Origin: a virus
DNA length: 64,000 nucleotides
Strand: one strand, 5' to 3'
Virus record (IMG/VR): IMGVR_UViG_3300017971_000035
Span: 6,357-70,356 of that record
The position numbers and the translations under genes were made by a program. Below, in pieces: positions 48,292 to 57,425 of the stretch. A model generated the notes under the pieces. The model ran no database searches. It saw nothing but the letters and a program-made list of their open reading frames with translations, and was not told the DNA's origin. Every line of letters begins with the position of its first letter. Position 1 is the first letter of the stretch.

Positions 48292-49563
48292 ATGAGCTAT
48301 ATAAAAATAAAGAATAATGGATTACTCCACATTAAAGCTCTGACATTAGTTGGAGCTTCCACAAAAGTACATGACCGCACTAAAATAGGACAATTCGGTT
48401 CAGGGAATAAGTATGCCTTGGCTTATTTACTCCGTAATAATTATGAAGTTCAAGTATATTCTGGTCTTGACCAGATGCACATCGCCACAGCTCCACTGGA
48501 CTTCAGAGGTCATAAATTCCATGTCATATATATCAATGGTCAACAGACTTCCATTACTACCGATATGGGTAAGGATTGGAAGTACTGGCAGGCACTGAGA
48601 GAAATATACTGCAATGCTCTGGATGAACCGAAATCTGAATTTGACATTGTACAAGAAATTGAACCAATGCCCGATGAAACCCATTTTTATATAAAATTTG
48701 AAAGAGATGGTCTTGACTTCATAAAGAACTTCGATAACTATTTCGCATTTAATAAGACAGTAGTATATGAATCTGGTATAGGTAAAATAATGATCCGAAC
48801 AGGCGATTCAGTTAATATTTATCGAAAAGGAATCAGATGTTATGAACCTAATAATCAAAGTCTGTATGATTATGATCTGGAACAAATAGATGTCGATGAA
48901 AATAGAATTGTCAGATATACCTGGGAAGTTGAAGAACAAATCTGGCAATTAATATTCAGTTGTACCAATAAGGATGTACTGAGAAATATCTTCCTAAATT
49001 TGGACAAATCATTCTATGAAGCCAGATTTTCAAATATATCCAGTATCCATGCTAAAAGGATCTCTGATGAGTGTAAGGATGTATTAACAGAAATAAAATT
49101 TGTTCCCGCTGAATATTCTGGTATGCTTAAGCCTGATGAGGAAATGATGTATGCCAGGATACCAAGTCGCCTCTATGATGCAATTAAACCTTATCTCAAA
49201 AATGATAATCTTGCTACTAAATTCAAAATATATACTGATGGCGCATACAGAGAAATAGAACCTGATTCGCTTCAACAGAGTGTTATTGATAATGCTCTTG
49301 AGTTTTTAAAGAAAGTAGATTTTTTCATTCCATATATTATTAATCTCGCAATATTTGTTGAAAAGGATGTGCTCGGTACAAAAAGTGAAGAAGTAATTAT
49401 ACTTTCAGATACATGTCTTGAAAAAGGAATCACCGTAGTTATTAATACAATCATCGAAGAATACATACATATCAAATACGGCGTTAAAGATGAAACCAGA
49501 GGGTTTCAGGACGCTATTATATCAGAATTCATATCATACATGAAAAGGAGGAATGAATGTTAA
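48292..49563 (+). CDS. GHKL (HATPase_c)-like protein
   Basis: GASTK...IGQFGSG.K and LREIYCNALDE (GHKL boxes in permuted order); C-terminal EEYIH. Confidence 0.7.
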   Translation: MSYIKIKNNGLLHIKALTLVGASTKVHDRTKIGQFGSGNKYALAYLLRNNYEVQVYSGLDQMHIATAPLDFRGHKFHVIYINGQQTSITTDMGKDWKYWQALREIYCNALDEPKSEFDIVQEIEPMPDETHFYIKFERDGLDFIKNFDNYFAFNKTVVYESGIGKIMIRTGDSVNIYRKGIRCYEPNNQSLYDYDLEQIDVDENRIVRYTWEVEEQIWQLIFSCTNKDVLRNIFLNLDKSFYEARFSNISSIHAKRISDECKDVLTEIKFVPAEYSGMLKPDEEMMYARIPSRLYDAIKPYLKNDNLATKFKIYTDGAYREIEPDSLQQSVIDNALEFLKKVDFFIPYIINLAIFVEKDVLGTKSEEVIILSDTCLEKGITVVINTIIEEYIHIKYGVKDETRGFQDAIISEFISYMKRRNEC

Positions 49564-50651
49564 AAGGACAAGATATTATGGATATGGCTGCTGAACTCGT
49601 TGAAATTCAGAAGTCAAAAAAGGATCTTATTGTCCCAACTGTACAGATGAGAATGTGCAGAACGGATGGTCATTCGCCACTTCAACTCAGGCTCGAAGAC
49701 GGTCAACTTTTCGATATAAACAATTGGCCACACAGCCAGATAAGCACCTATACGAATATTCCAAAACAATACTATGACAGAATCAAGGATGAGAAACCAG
49801 GCCTATTAACCCTATGTGTTAATCATGGTTTCCAAATGGTCATCAATCGGCACTTTGCAGAAAAGAAAAAACATGATTGCCGGATGCTTCGTACGATAAA
49901 TGGAAATGTGAGAGCTTTCCTGAGTGACAGATACTGGCGCCTGGATTGTTATGATCTTCTGGATGCAGTGTTTCCTATTCTTGAAGATAACAGATTCAGA
50001 GTCATTTCTTCTCAACTCACCGAAACCAGGATGTACATCAAAGCCATTACTGACACAATTCAGGGTGAATGGAAAAAAGGACACATTGTCCGATATGGAA
50101 TATGTATAAGCTGTTCCGATGTTGGATGCGGAAGCGTATCAGTTGAACCACTTCTCTATGAAGTCGAATGTACCAATGGTTGGATAAGCGAACAGGCATT
50201 TCGTCGTGCACATATCGGCAAGTCCCAGGCCGGCGATAACATCCAGGAACTTCTGACTGATGAAACTAAGAATGTTTCGGATAAAGCGTTCTGGATGCAG
50301 GTCCGTGATGTTGTTAAAGGAACAATGGAAGATAGAATTTTTCAGCAGAATCTCAATAAACTGAGGGATGCAGCTGACATCAAAATGGAAAATCTGGATA
50401 TTCCGAAAGTCGTGGACTTAACCATGAAAGAAGTAGGGATCACTGGTGAAAAGGTTAAGAATTCAATCGTTGAACACCTGGCTTCCGGAGCTGATGGTAA
50501 GGGCATGACGATGCTTGGCCTCGCCAGTTCATTTACCTGGGCAGCACACAAGGCAGAAGATGTTGATTATGAAACATCGACTGCTTTGGAAAAGGCCGGA
50601 CCGAAAATTATTGAACTGTCTCAAAAGGACTGGCGTAAAATAGCTGCTTAA
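49557..50651 (+). CDS. DUF932/DUF945-like phage protein
   Basis: RAFLSDRY, SDVG.GS and C.NG...H.G motifs. Confidence 0.8.
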   Translation: MLKGQDIMDMAAELVEIQKSKKDLIVPTVQMRMCRTDGHSPLQLRLEDGQLFDINNWPHSQISTYTNIPKQYYDRIKDEKPGLLTLCVNHGFQMVINRHFAEKKKHDCRMLRTINGNVRAFLSDRYWRLDCYDLLDAVFPILEDNRFRVISSQLTETRMYIKAITDTIQGEWKKGHIVRYGICISCSDVGCGSVSVEPLLYEVECTNGWISEQAFRRAHIGKSQAGDNIQELLTDETKNVSDKAFWMQVRDVVKGTMEDRIFQQNLNKLRDAADIKMENLDIPKVVDLTMKEVGITGEKVKNSIVEHLASGADGKGMTMLGLASSFTWAAHKAEDVDYETSTALEKAGPKIIELSQKDWRKIAA

Positions 50652-50665
50652 ATTATTTTCTTTGA

Positions 50666-51022
50666 ATGCAGATTCCATCTCAAAAGGATGCCGTACATTT
50701 TATGAATAAGCGCCTCGCCCAAATCAAGGGTGGGGCATTTATTTCCGTCAAAGAAGCCGCGCAGAAGCTCGGATATACCCCCGAATTCATCACCTGGTTG
50801 TGCCGGAAGGGAAGGGTCAAGGGGGCCTATCGTGTAGGCCATGCCTGGGCCATTCCCGAACGCTGGCGTTATGTGAAAAGAAGAAGAGGTGGCAAACACG
50901 GGCCTTCTAAAGTGAAGCCCGTGTTCGCCCTGGAGGATCCGTCTTTGAAGATGGGCCTGCCATCCAGGACGCACCCAAGTGAAGATACCGAAGTAATTGA
51001 CAATCCAGGTAATATTTATTAG
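50666..51022 (+). CDS. Excisionase/MerR-like HTH DNA-binding protein
   Basis: ISVKEAAQKLG.....I..LCR.GR..GA.RVG..W.IP. Confidence 0.75.
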   Translation: MQIPSQKDAVHFMNKRLAQIKGGAFISVKEAAQKLGYTPEFITWLCRKGRVKGAYRVGHAWAIPERWRYVKRRRGGKHGPSKVKPVFALEDPSLKMGLPSRTHPSEDTEVIDNPGNIY

Positions 51023-51055
51023 TATATTAATATCATATTTATTAAGGAGGTATAT

Positions 51056-52006
51056 ATGAATGCTGAAAATGTCGATGATGTCCCTGATGATGTTGTCGAT
51101 CAGATTCTCACAAAACAGGAACAACCCCCCATACAGACCACCAGCCTCATCACCAATCTCGAAGAACTTGATATCGATGCCATCACTGAACGTGCTGAAA
51201 AACACGTTGAGAAAGAGCTGATTTTGCGTAAATTGGCCTTAAAGGTAACAAATGTCCAGGATTGGATTGACCAGAACGGGAAGCCTTATCTCCAATGGAC
51301 CGGCGCCTCCCGGGTAGCAAGGATACTCGGAGTGAGTTACACCGGTCTCCATTTTGACCGAGTGGACCGAACCGACAAACATGGAGAATTTTGCGAAATT
51401 GACTGTTTTGGCACAATTCATTGGATGGGCGGTAAAATCGAAGAAATTGGCAGCTGTTCCTCCAGGGATCCGCTGTTTGGTGTCCGCAAAGATGAAAATG
51501 AAAAACCTTTTTTCCTTCCTCTGTCCGAAGTCGATGCCACGGACGTAAAAAAGAAATCCCTTACTAATTTCCTGAACCGCGGATTGAAGTCCATGGTAGG
51601 TCTGAGTTTCACCTGGGATGAGATATCCGAGATTTCAGGCGGGAAAATCACCAGGGAGCTCGTTAACGCCGTAAAATACAAGAAGAGGGGTTCCGGCCAG
51701 CCGGCCAAGGAAAACCCCGAGGAAAGGGCCGCAGCCTCTAAGAATGGAGCTGAAGTCTGGTCCTGGCTCACAGAAATGCACGGCAAGGACGCTACGACAG
51801 CGCTGCAGGCCCTGACCACCTGGACAGATAATTCCGGAAGGAAGGTCGCAGGGAAGAAGAAAATTGATTATGTCTCACCAGCTCAGATGAAAGTTTTATA
51901 TCCAAAGGCCAAGAAATTGTACAATGAGTGGAAAAAATCAAATAAATCCAGTGATGGATTTACGGAAGGAGTGAATTTAGATGATAAAGGTTCCAAATCT
52001 GATTGA
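51056..52006 (+). CDS. Putative ssDNA-annealing/recombination protein
   Basis: KPYL..TGA, G.CSSRD and KK..TN...R motifs; adjacent to the exonuclease gene; strong SD. Confidence 0.5.
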   Translation: MNAENVDDVPDDVVDQILTKQEQPPIQTTSLITNLEELDIDAITERAEKHVEKELILRKLALKVTNVQDWIDQNGKPYLQWTGASRVARILGVSYTGLHFDRVDRTDKHGEFCEIDCFGTIHWMGGKIEEIGSCSSRDPLFGVRKDENEKPFFLPLSEVDATDVKKKSLTNFLNRGLKSMVGLSFTWDEISEISGGKITRELVNAVKYKKRGSGQPAKENPEERAAASKNGAEVWSWLTEMHGKDATTALQALTTWTDNSGRKVAGKKKIDYVSPAQMKVLYPKAKKLYNEWKKSNKSSDGFTEGVNLDDKGSKSD

Positions 52007-52952
52007 GGCCGTAGAGGCTCAAAAATCCAAGAAAATCAAACGTTCTCCATGCCCTAATAATCGGGCAAGTTCAATTGGATATGCGGTTCCCATGCTTAAT
52101 GGGTGTCTCCGGCGCGGCGTGTATGAACGGACACACTGGCAGGAAAAAAAGCTATGGGAAGTCCATACCATTCTGATTTTCGAAGAAGGAGACCTGCAGG
52201 AAGGGAAGGTCATGGCAGACCTGCAGCAGGCCGGTTACCCTATCATTGAACAGCAAACTCCCTACCAATGGGAAGACAAAGAGACCGGAGAAGTCCTGGT
52301 TACCGGGCATGTCGATGGTAAATTGATGTGCGAAAAAGAAGGCACCGAGGAACACGTTGCTATTCCAGTTGAAATAAAGAGCATGCACCCCAATATCTTC
52401 GCCCAAATCCACACCTGGGAAGATTTCAAGAAGAAACCATGGACCAGGAGTTACATGGCTCAGATTACTCTGTATATGCTGATGAACAATATCGATATTG
52501 GCCTATTCATCCTCAAAAATAAATCCTCTGGCAAGCTGAAGCAGATAATCGTCAAACTGGATTACGAGCTGGGCGAGGCTTGCGTGAAAGCAGCGGAAGC
52601 CATCAACCAGCATGTCAAGGAAAAAACTCTGCCAGATAGAATTGATGACCGTGATGTCTGTAAGGACTGCATGTTCAATCATGTATGCCTGCCAGATATC
52701 AATTTTGGTGAAGAAATTCAGATAGGTGAGGATCCTGCCTTTGAATCCAAACTCAAAGAATACCTGGAAATCAAAGAAACTGCCAAAAAGGCTGAAAAGA
52801 TGTGGGATGAAGTTCTCAGACCAAGAATGAAGGCATCGACCGATGAAAAAGGTACATTGAATATGGTTCTCGGAAATTACCATCTCAAAGGTAAGACTGC
52901 AAGCAACGGAACATTCAGACCAAAAATCGAAATCATTGACCAGGAGGGATAA
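51981..52952 (+). CDS. Cas4-like PD-(D/E)xK exonuclease
   Basis: ASSIG...C.R, GHVDG, EIKS, Q...Y and CxxCxxxxxC (Fe-S ligands). Confidence 0.85.
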   Translation: MIKVPNLIEAVEAQKSKKIKRSPCPNNRASSIGYAVPMLNGCLRRGVYERTHWQEKKLWEVHTILIFEEGDLQEGKVMADLQQAGYPIIEQQTPYQWEDKETGEVLVTGHVDGKLMCEKEGTEEHVAIPVEIKSMHPNIFAQIHTWEDFKKKPWTRSYMAQITLYMLMNNIDIGLFILKNKSSGKLKQIIVKLDYELGEACVKAAEAINQHVKEKTLPDRIDDRDVCKDCMFNHVCLPDINFGEEIQIGEDPAFESKLKEYLEIKETAKKAEKMWDEVLRPRMKASTDEKGTLNMVLGNYHLKGKTASNGTFRPKIEIIDQEG

Positions 52953-53323
52953 TGCCACCAGAAAAAGCAAAAAGGAAACTTGCTTTCTTCGAAGTTGATA
53001 GGGGCCGACTTGGAGAATGTCTTCAAGAAGACTTCGAGGAAGCTCAGAAAATTGCGGCCGAACGGGGTGTTGAGGTAAAAATCAATGCTCAAATTACTGT
53101 GTTCCCGCCCGACCAAAAAGATCCTATGTACGGTTCGGTACAATACAAACATAGTATCTCACAGCCTGCATTTCTTTCACGTAAGTACGATACCGTCCTT
53201 AATAATGATGGTATGATTATCAGCGACGCAGAACAGCCTCTTGAACAACTCGATCTTGACCTCGAAATTAAAAAGGATCCAAAACTTATACCGCACCCGA
53301 GTACGGGTACTGAAAAGGAGTAA
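52952..53323 (+). CDS. Hypothetical protein
   Basis: 123 aa; sits where the partner of DUF2303-like genes usually does. Confidence 0.6.
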   Translation: MPPEKAKRKLAFFEVDRGRLGECLQEDFEEAQKIAAERGVEVKINAQITVFPPDQKDPMYGSVQYKHSISQPAFLSRKYDTVLNNDGMIISDAEQPLEQLDLDLEIKKDPKLIPHPSTGTEKE

Positions 53324-53326
53324 GCC

Positions 53327-54097
53327 ATGTCTGGCGACAAAAAGGTTGTTATCAGCCACCAGGGAGAAATCCTTCGTCTTCTCGAAGGCTGTGACTATGT
53401 ACAACTGACCGATGGTACAGATGATACATTTGACACAGATAGTATTGATTCTTTCGCAGATTATCTCAGCATTAAGGATAATGATTTCAGATTATTTTAT
53501 GATGAGTCTGTCTGCAGGGCAATTGAAAGCAATGTTAAATATAATACGAAATCAATAGCTGTATGTTCATTACAGTTCTCATTGCTCATGCAGAAACTTG
53601 TTAATGTAGCAAATCAGAATCTCGGTCTTGATGCTCTCGAAGAATTCCTTACAATAATGAAGCCATTCATTGACCAGAGTGGTATTGACCTCTTAAGCTG
53701 TTGTAACGATTTTCAGTCTTCCAAGATAACTTCCGTAAAAAGGAAAAGAGATCAGAAGAAGGGAAACTTTTGTTTCAGCATCAGCCAGGAAGATACAGGT
53801 AAAAATGACTTCGATCCTCCTGAATCTGTGAAGTTCGAATTACCCATATTTGATTTCATAGATGATGCTTCAAAGTTCGAATTCGAAATCCATTTTTCGC
53901 ATCGTGCTACGGAAGATGACTGCCGTGTCTACTTCAAATTTTATAATCCTATGTTCAACAACCTGCTCCGCATGGAACAAAAAAGGATTATAGAATCAAA
54001 GCTCGAAAGAATTGATGCACCTAAATTTTGGGGCTCTCTTGAAATCAATAACAGAACTGATGAATGGAAATACAAATTCAATAAACCTGTTCATTAA
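53327..54097 (+). CDS. DUF2303/YfdQ-like protein
   Basis: T.SIDSF.DY and PPE...FELPIF patterns; size and context fit. Confidence 0.45.
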   Translation: MSGDKKVVISHQGEILRLLEGCDYVQLTDGTDDTFDTDSIDSFADYLSIKDNDFRLFYDESVCRAIESNVKYNTKSIAVCSLQFSLLMQKLVNVANQNLGLDALEEFLTIMKPFIDQSGIDLLSCCNDFQSSKITSVKRKRDQKKGNFCFSISQEDTGKNDFDPPESVKFELPIFDFIDDASKFEFEIHFSHRATEDDCRVYFKFYNPMFNNLLRMEQKRIIESKLERIDAPKFWGSLEINNRTDEWKYKFNKPVH

Positions 54098-54435
54098 TGC
54101 TTTCTAAAAACCTGACCTTGCAAATACGAGGTCTACTGGAACAACAACCGCGTCTTAGGGATGATGACCAGTACCTCGTTGCAATGGTATGGAGGCAGGA
54201 GATAGGCGAAGCAGCTCATTCCGAGAGCTGCTTCACCTTACTCGGTAAGATTGCGAAACATGAACTTTCACATTTTGAATCAATTCGTAGAATCAGGCAG
54301 ATGATTCAGGAGGAAACACCGGAACTGCGCGGTGAGAAATGGCAGAAAAGACAAGACCATACTGTAAAAGTAAAGCAGGAAATCGAGGAAATAAGGCCTC
54401 ATGCAGGTCCGCAAGAGAATTTGTTTGACAAATAG
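54097..54435 (+). CDS. Hypothetical phage protein
   Basis: LRDDD..L...VW and ESI.R.R...QE..PELRG motifs. Confidence 0.7.
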   Translation: MLSKNLTLQIRGLLEQQPRLRDDDQYLVAMVWRQEIGEAAHSESCFTLLGKIAKHELSHFESIRRIRQMIQEETPELRGEKWQKRQDHTVKVKQEIEEIRPHAGPQENLFDK

Positions 54436-54685
54436 GTGTCATTGAGATATTTTACGAAAAGCCAGAATGGACCCGGGAAGTGGTCGATCCTCCTGGTGAA
54501 ACCCTTCCCAACTCCATACCTGGCGGGTCTATTAAATCTGGTTCCCACCAACGGCAACAGATCACTGTCGTAGAATCAAAGTGACGTAAACGCTTACCGT
54601 ATGGCGTGTCTATCTCAGACGCACAGCACCCAGGGATAGAGGATACGGCGGGGTTCATTGCGAGGCGACCGAAGGATTAACCTCC

Positions 54686-54727
54686 CACCTTTCAGGGAAA
54701 CCACTGTGTTTTCCTGGGGGGTGTTTT
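54686..54727 (+). terminator. Long G-U-rich hairpin with a short T tract
   Basis: CACCTTTCAGGGAAAC-CACTGT-GTTTTCCTGGGGGGTG-TTTT (16 bp including wobbles). Confidence 0.55.
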
Positions 54728-54778
54728 GCTCGGCTCACTCAGAATTAAAAGGGAACAACATTAACAGAAAGGAGTAAG

Positions 54779-55120
54779 ATGACAGATCAACAACCAATCC
54801 AAGGGAAATTTATGGAGTCCCTTGTAAGGAATAATAAACAGATCCGCAAAGAAAGAGCAGCGGCCATAGGCGAAGATGCGGAACTGATTTACAAGCGTCA
54901 AATCGAAGACCTTGAAGTTTCGATAAAGAGACTCGAACGGGAACAAGAGAACATGCTCGATATGTCTCCTGATTCGGCAACCAGTCTCAAACTCGCCACC
55001 AATTTCGATGCTGTGGAATACTGCAAAACCGATCTTGAGTTGAGTGTCACAATTTACAAAAAGAAAATCCGGCTTGACCTTGCTAAGAAAAGGTATGCCT
55101 ATCTGTTTGGAGGTACATGA
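54779..55120 (+). CDS. Conserved coiled-coil hypothetical protein
   Basis: F.ESL.RNN.QIR..RA.AIGED.ELIY.R..ED...YLFG; AAGGAG SD; ATGA-coupled to the vWA gene. Confidence 0.75.
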   Translation: MTDQQPIQGKFMESLVRNNKQIRKERAAAIGEDAELIYKRQIEDLEVSIKRLEREQENMLDMSPDSATSLKLATNFDAVEYCKTDLELSVTIYKKKIRLDLAKKRYAYLFGGT

Positions 55121-56001
55121 TGGGTAGTGGTGGATATTCTTTTGCTTCTCGCAGTACCAGGGCAACAAACCTGGGTTTCCATACCAAAAGCATTCATGAA
55201 ACCTTCTCGGCTCGTGAACTGAATAATGCCATGAATCCAAAAGGTGTCACTCTTCGTGAGTCTTGTGATTCAGAAGAACATCCGGAATCATTGGCAATTA
55301 TCCTGGCTCTTGATGTCACTGGATCAATGGGTTCTGTTCCACACCACCTGGTCAAAGATGGTCTCCCTCATATAATGAGTAAAATCATCGAACGTGGTTA
55401 CAAGGATCCCCAACTTCTTTTTATGGGAGTGGGGGATCATAAGACTGACCAGGCCCCACTTCAAATAGGCCAATTTGAAAGTAGCGATGAGTTACTGGAT
55501 AAATGGCTGACAGATATTTGGCTTGAAGGAAATGGTGGTGGCAATCAGGGTGAAAGTTATTTTTTACCTTGGTATTTTGCCGGCCATTGCACCAAAATTG
55601 ACTGTTTCATTAAGCGCCAGAAAAAAGGATATCTTTTCACAGTAGGTGACGAGGATATTCATACTACCATTTCAAAATCATCAATGACCAGGATCTTTGG
55701 TGCTGGTGAATTTAATGATGAGATTTCTGCCATGGAGCTTCTTGATAAAGCCAAAGAAATGTATCATGTCTACCATATTCATATCACTGAGACCGGAGCT
55801 GGCTCCAGGCCTGAGTGGCAGAATCATTGGAAAGAAATTCTTGGAGATCATTTTATTCCTGTGAAAAGCAGTAATGATGTCTCAAAGGTCATACCTGATA
55901 TAATTTATCAGGAAGTGGACCCAGGACGTGAGCCGTACAAACCGGCCGCACCGCAGTCTGAAACCCAAACTGCGGGTGCGCCCCAAGATGACATCATATA
56001 A
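55117..56001 (+). CDS. von Willebrand factor A (MIDAS) domain protein
   Basis: LDVTGSM (DxTxS), LQIGQFES, EG.GGGN.GESY and FTVGDE motifs. Confidence 0.85.
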   Translation: MMGSGGYSFASRSTRATNLGFHTKSIHETFSARELNNAMNPKGVTLRESCDSEEHPESLAIILALDVTGSMGSVPHHLVKDGLPHIMSKIIERGYKDPQLLFMGVGDHKTDQAPLQIGQFESSDELLDKWLTDIWLEGNGGGNQGESYFLPWYFAGHCTKIDCFIKRQKKGYLFTVGDEDIHTTISKSSMTRIFGAGEFNDEISAMELLDKAKEMYHVYHIHITETGAGSRPEWQNHWKEILGDHFIPVKSSNDVSKVIPDIIYQEVDPGREPYKPAAPQSETQTAGAPQDDII

Positions 56002-57115
56002 AGCTGTAATAGGATTAGGATTTGGAGATGAGGGCAAAGGTCTGGTAACAGATTACCTTTGCTCTGTCTCTGAAAATCCTATTGTTGTTCGCTTCTCAGG
56101 AGGCCAACAAGCAGGACATACTGTATGGTTTGAGGACCGTAAGCATACCTTTTCAAATTTTGGTTCTGGTACATTCAGAGGGGCAGCCACTGTCTGGATG
56201 AATTCATGTACTATTGATCCAATCGGAATTTCAAGAGAATTCAAAATCTTAAAAGACCTAAATACCACACCTATTTTATATATCCATCCTGAATGTCCAG
56301 TTACTACTCCATATGAAATAGAAAAAAATCAACAGGACATAAATTATATTCATAATGGCACTTGTGGAGTTGGAGTGGGTTGTACATGGCAAAGAGAAGA
56401 AAATAATTATCACTTAAGAGCTAAAGACCTTTATAATTTATCAGTATTAAAAATAAAATTGGACCTTCTTGCTGAATATTATGGATATACGACTCCAGAA
56501 ATACAAAGATTTTATGCTGCTGTTCAGTCTATAACAAAAAATCCGTATATCTATATTCAACAATATACTTTTGGTATACATGATGATGTTATTTTCGAAG
56601 GTTCCCAAGGACTACTTCTTGACCAGGAAATAGGTTTTTTTCCTCATGTAACCAGATCATATACTGGTTCAAAAATGATATGGAACTATGACCCTGAGTA
56701 TTATCTCGTCACTAGGGCATACCAGACAAGACATGGTGAAGGACCAATGACCAATCGTGACATGGATCTAAACTTGACAAATAATGAACACGAAAATAAT
56801 CAAGAAAATAAATGGCAAGGATGTCTTAGAACATCACCATTGGATATGAATCTAATAAAATATGCAATTCAATCTGATGAATATATTTTAAATAGCAGTT
56901 ATCTGAACCTCATAATAACTTGCCTTGATCAGCTTAAACCTCCATATCATTATACCTTGGATCAAAAGGAAGTGAAATTCAATGGGCCATTATCAATGTC
57001 TGATGGCATACGATTTATTTTTAATAGAAGCATACGTGGATCATTAGTAAACACATACTGTTCTTATTCAAAATATTCGGACGATTTAAAAAAGGCTGAT
57101 GAAATTGATGTATAA
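55988..57115 (+). CDS. Divergent adenylosuccinate synthetase (PurA)-like ligase
   Basis: GLGFGDEGKG, RFSGGQQAGHTV, GTCGVGVG, FEGSQGLLLD, FPHVTRS.TG and Y.TRHG.GP; lacks the GxTTGRxR loop. Confidence 0.88.
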   Translation: MTSYKAVIGLGFGDEGKGLVTDYLCSVSENPIVVRFSGGQQAGHTVWFEDRKHTFSNFGSGTFRGAATVWMNSCTIDPIGISREFKILKDLNTTPILYIHPECPVTTPYEIEKNQQDINYIHNGTCGVGVGCTWQREENNYHLRAKDLYNLSVLKIKLDLLAEYYGYTTPEIQRFYAAVQSITKNPYIYIQQYTFGIHDDVIFEGSQGLLLDQEIGFFPHVTRSYTGSKMIWNYDPEYYLVTRAYQTRHGEGPMTNRDMDLNLTNNEHENNQENKWQGCLRTSPLDMNLIKYAIQSDEYILNSSYLNLIITCLDQLKPPYHYTLDQKEVKFNGPLSMSDGIRFIFNRSIRGSLVNTYCSYSKYSDDLKKADEIDV

Positions 57116-57425
57116 TCATTATCATTGCAAAAAATGTATGTTCGGACCACTCTCCACACCAGACGAGAAACACGAATGTACAGCCAAATCGACCAGATGG
57201 AAACCCCCGACTGTCGAAGAAGTCCAGGCTTACATTGATGAGAAGGGTTACAATATTGATGCGGAGTACTGGTGGAATTTTTATAATTCGAAAAATTGGA
57301 TGATTGGTAAAAATAAAATGTCCAAATGGAAATCTGCTGTTGCAACCTGGGCGCGGGGGAATGGTAATTCCGGTCGAGTCAGCGGATCAAGGCCAAAACT
57401 CAAGGAATTGGGAGACATTGGGTAA
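57099..57425 (+). CDS. Stand-alone phage replication-initiator C-terminal-like domain
   Basis: PPTVEEV.AY...ID...W.FY.S.NW..GK.KM..WK.AV.TW; immediately before dnaB. Confidence 0.65.
   Translation: MKLMYNHYHCKKCMFGPLSTPDEKHECTAKSTRWKPPTVEEVQAYIDEKGYNIDAEYWWNFYNSKNWMIGKNKMSKWKSAVATWARGNGNSGRVSGSRPKLKELGDIG

Noticed and set aside
51981-52952. CRISPR-Cas locus suggested by the Cas4-like gene
   Set aside because: No repeat-spacer array or other cas genes; next to an annealing protein it is best read as a phage recombination exonuclease.
54590-54660. c-di-GMP-I riboswitch (GACGCACAGC...GCGGGGTT resemblance)
   Set aside because: It lacks the GNRA-capped P2 and the tetraloop receptor; the resemblance is only partial.
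34530-54725. Recurring GGGGGGT motif (about 34534, 44262, 44579, 54716) as a regulatory repeat
   Set aside because: Each copy is one arm of a local GC-rich hairpin or terminator, which explains the recurrence.
55988-57115. PurZ / 2-aminoadenine (Z-genome) system
   Set aside because: The motif is GDEGKG (Asp), not the PurZ Ser form, and no datZ, mazZ or DNA polymerase gene is in the window.
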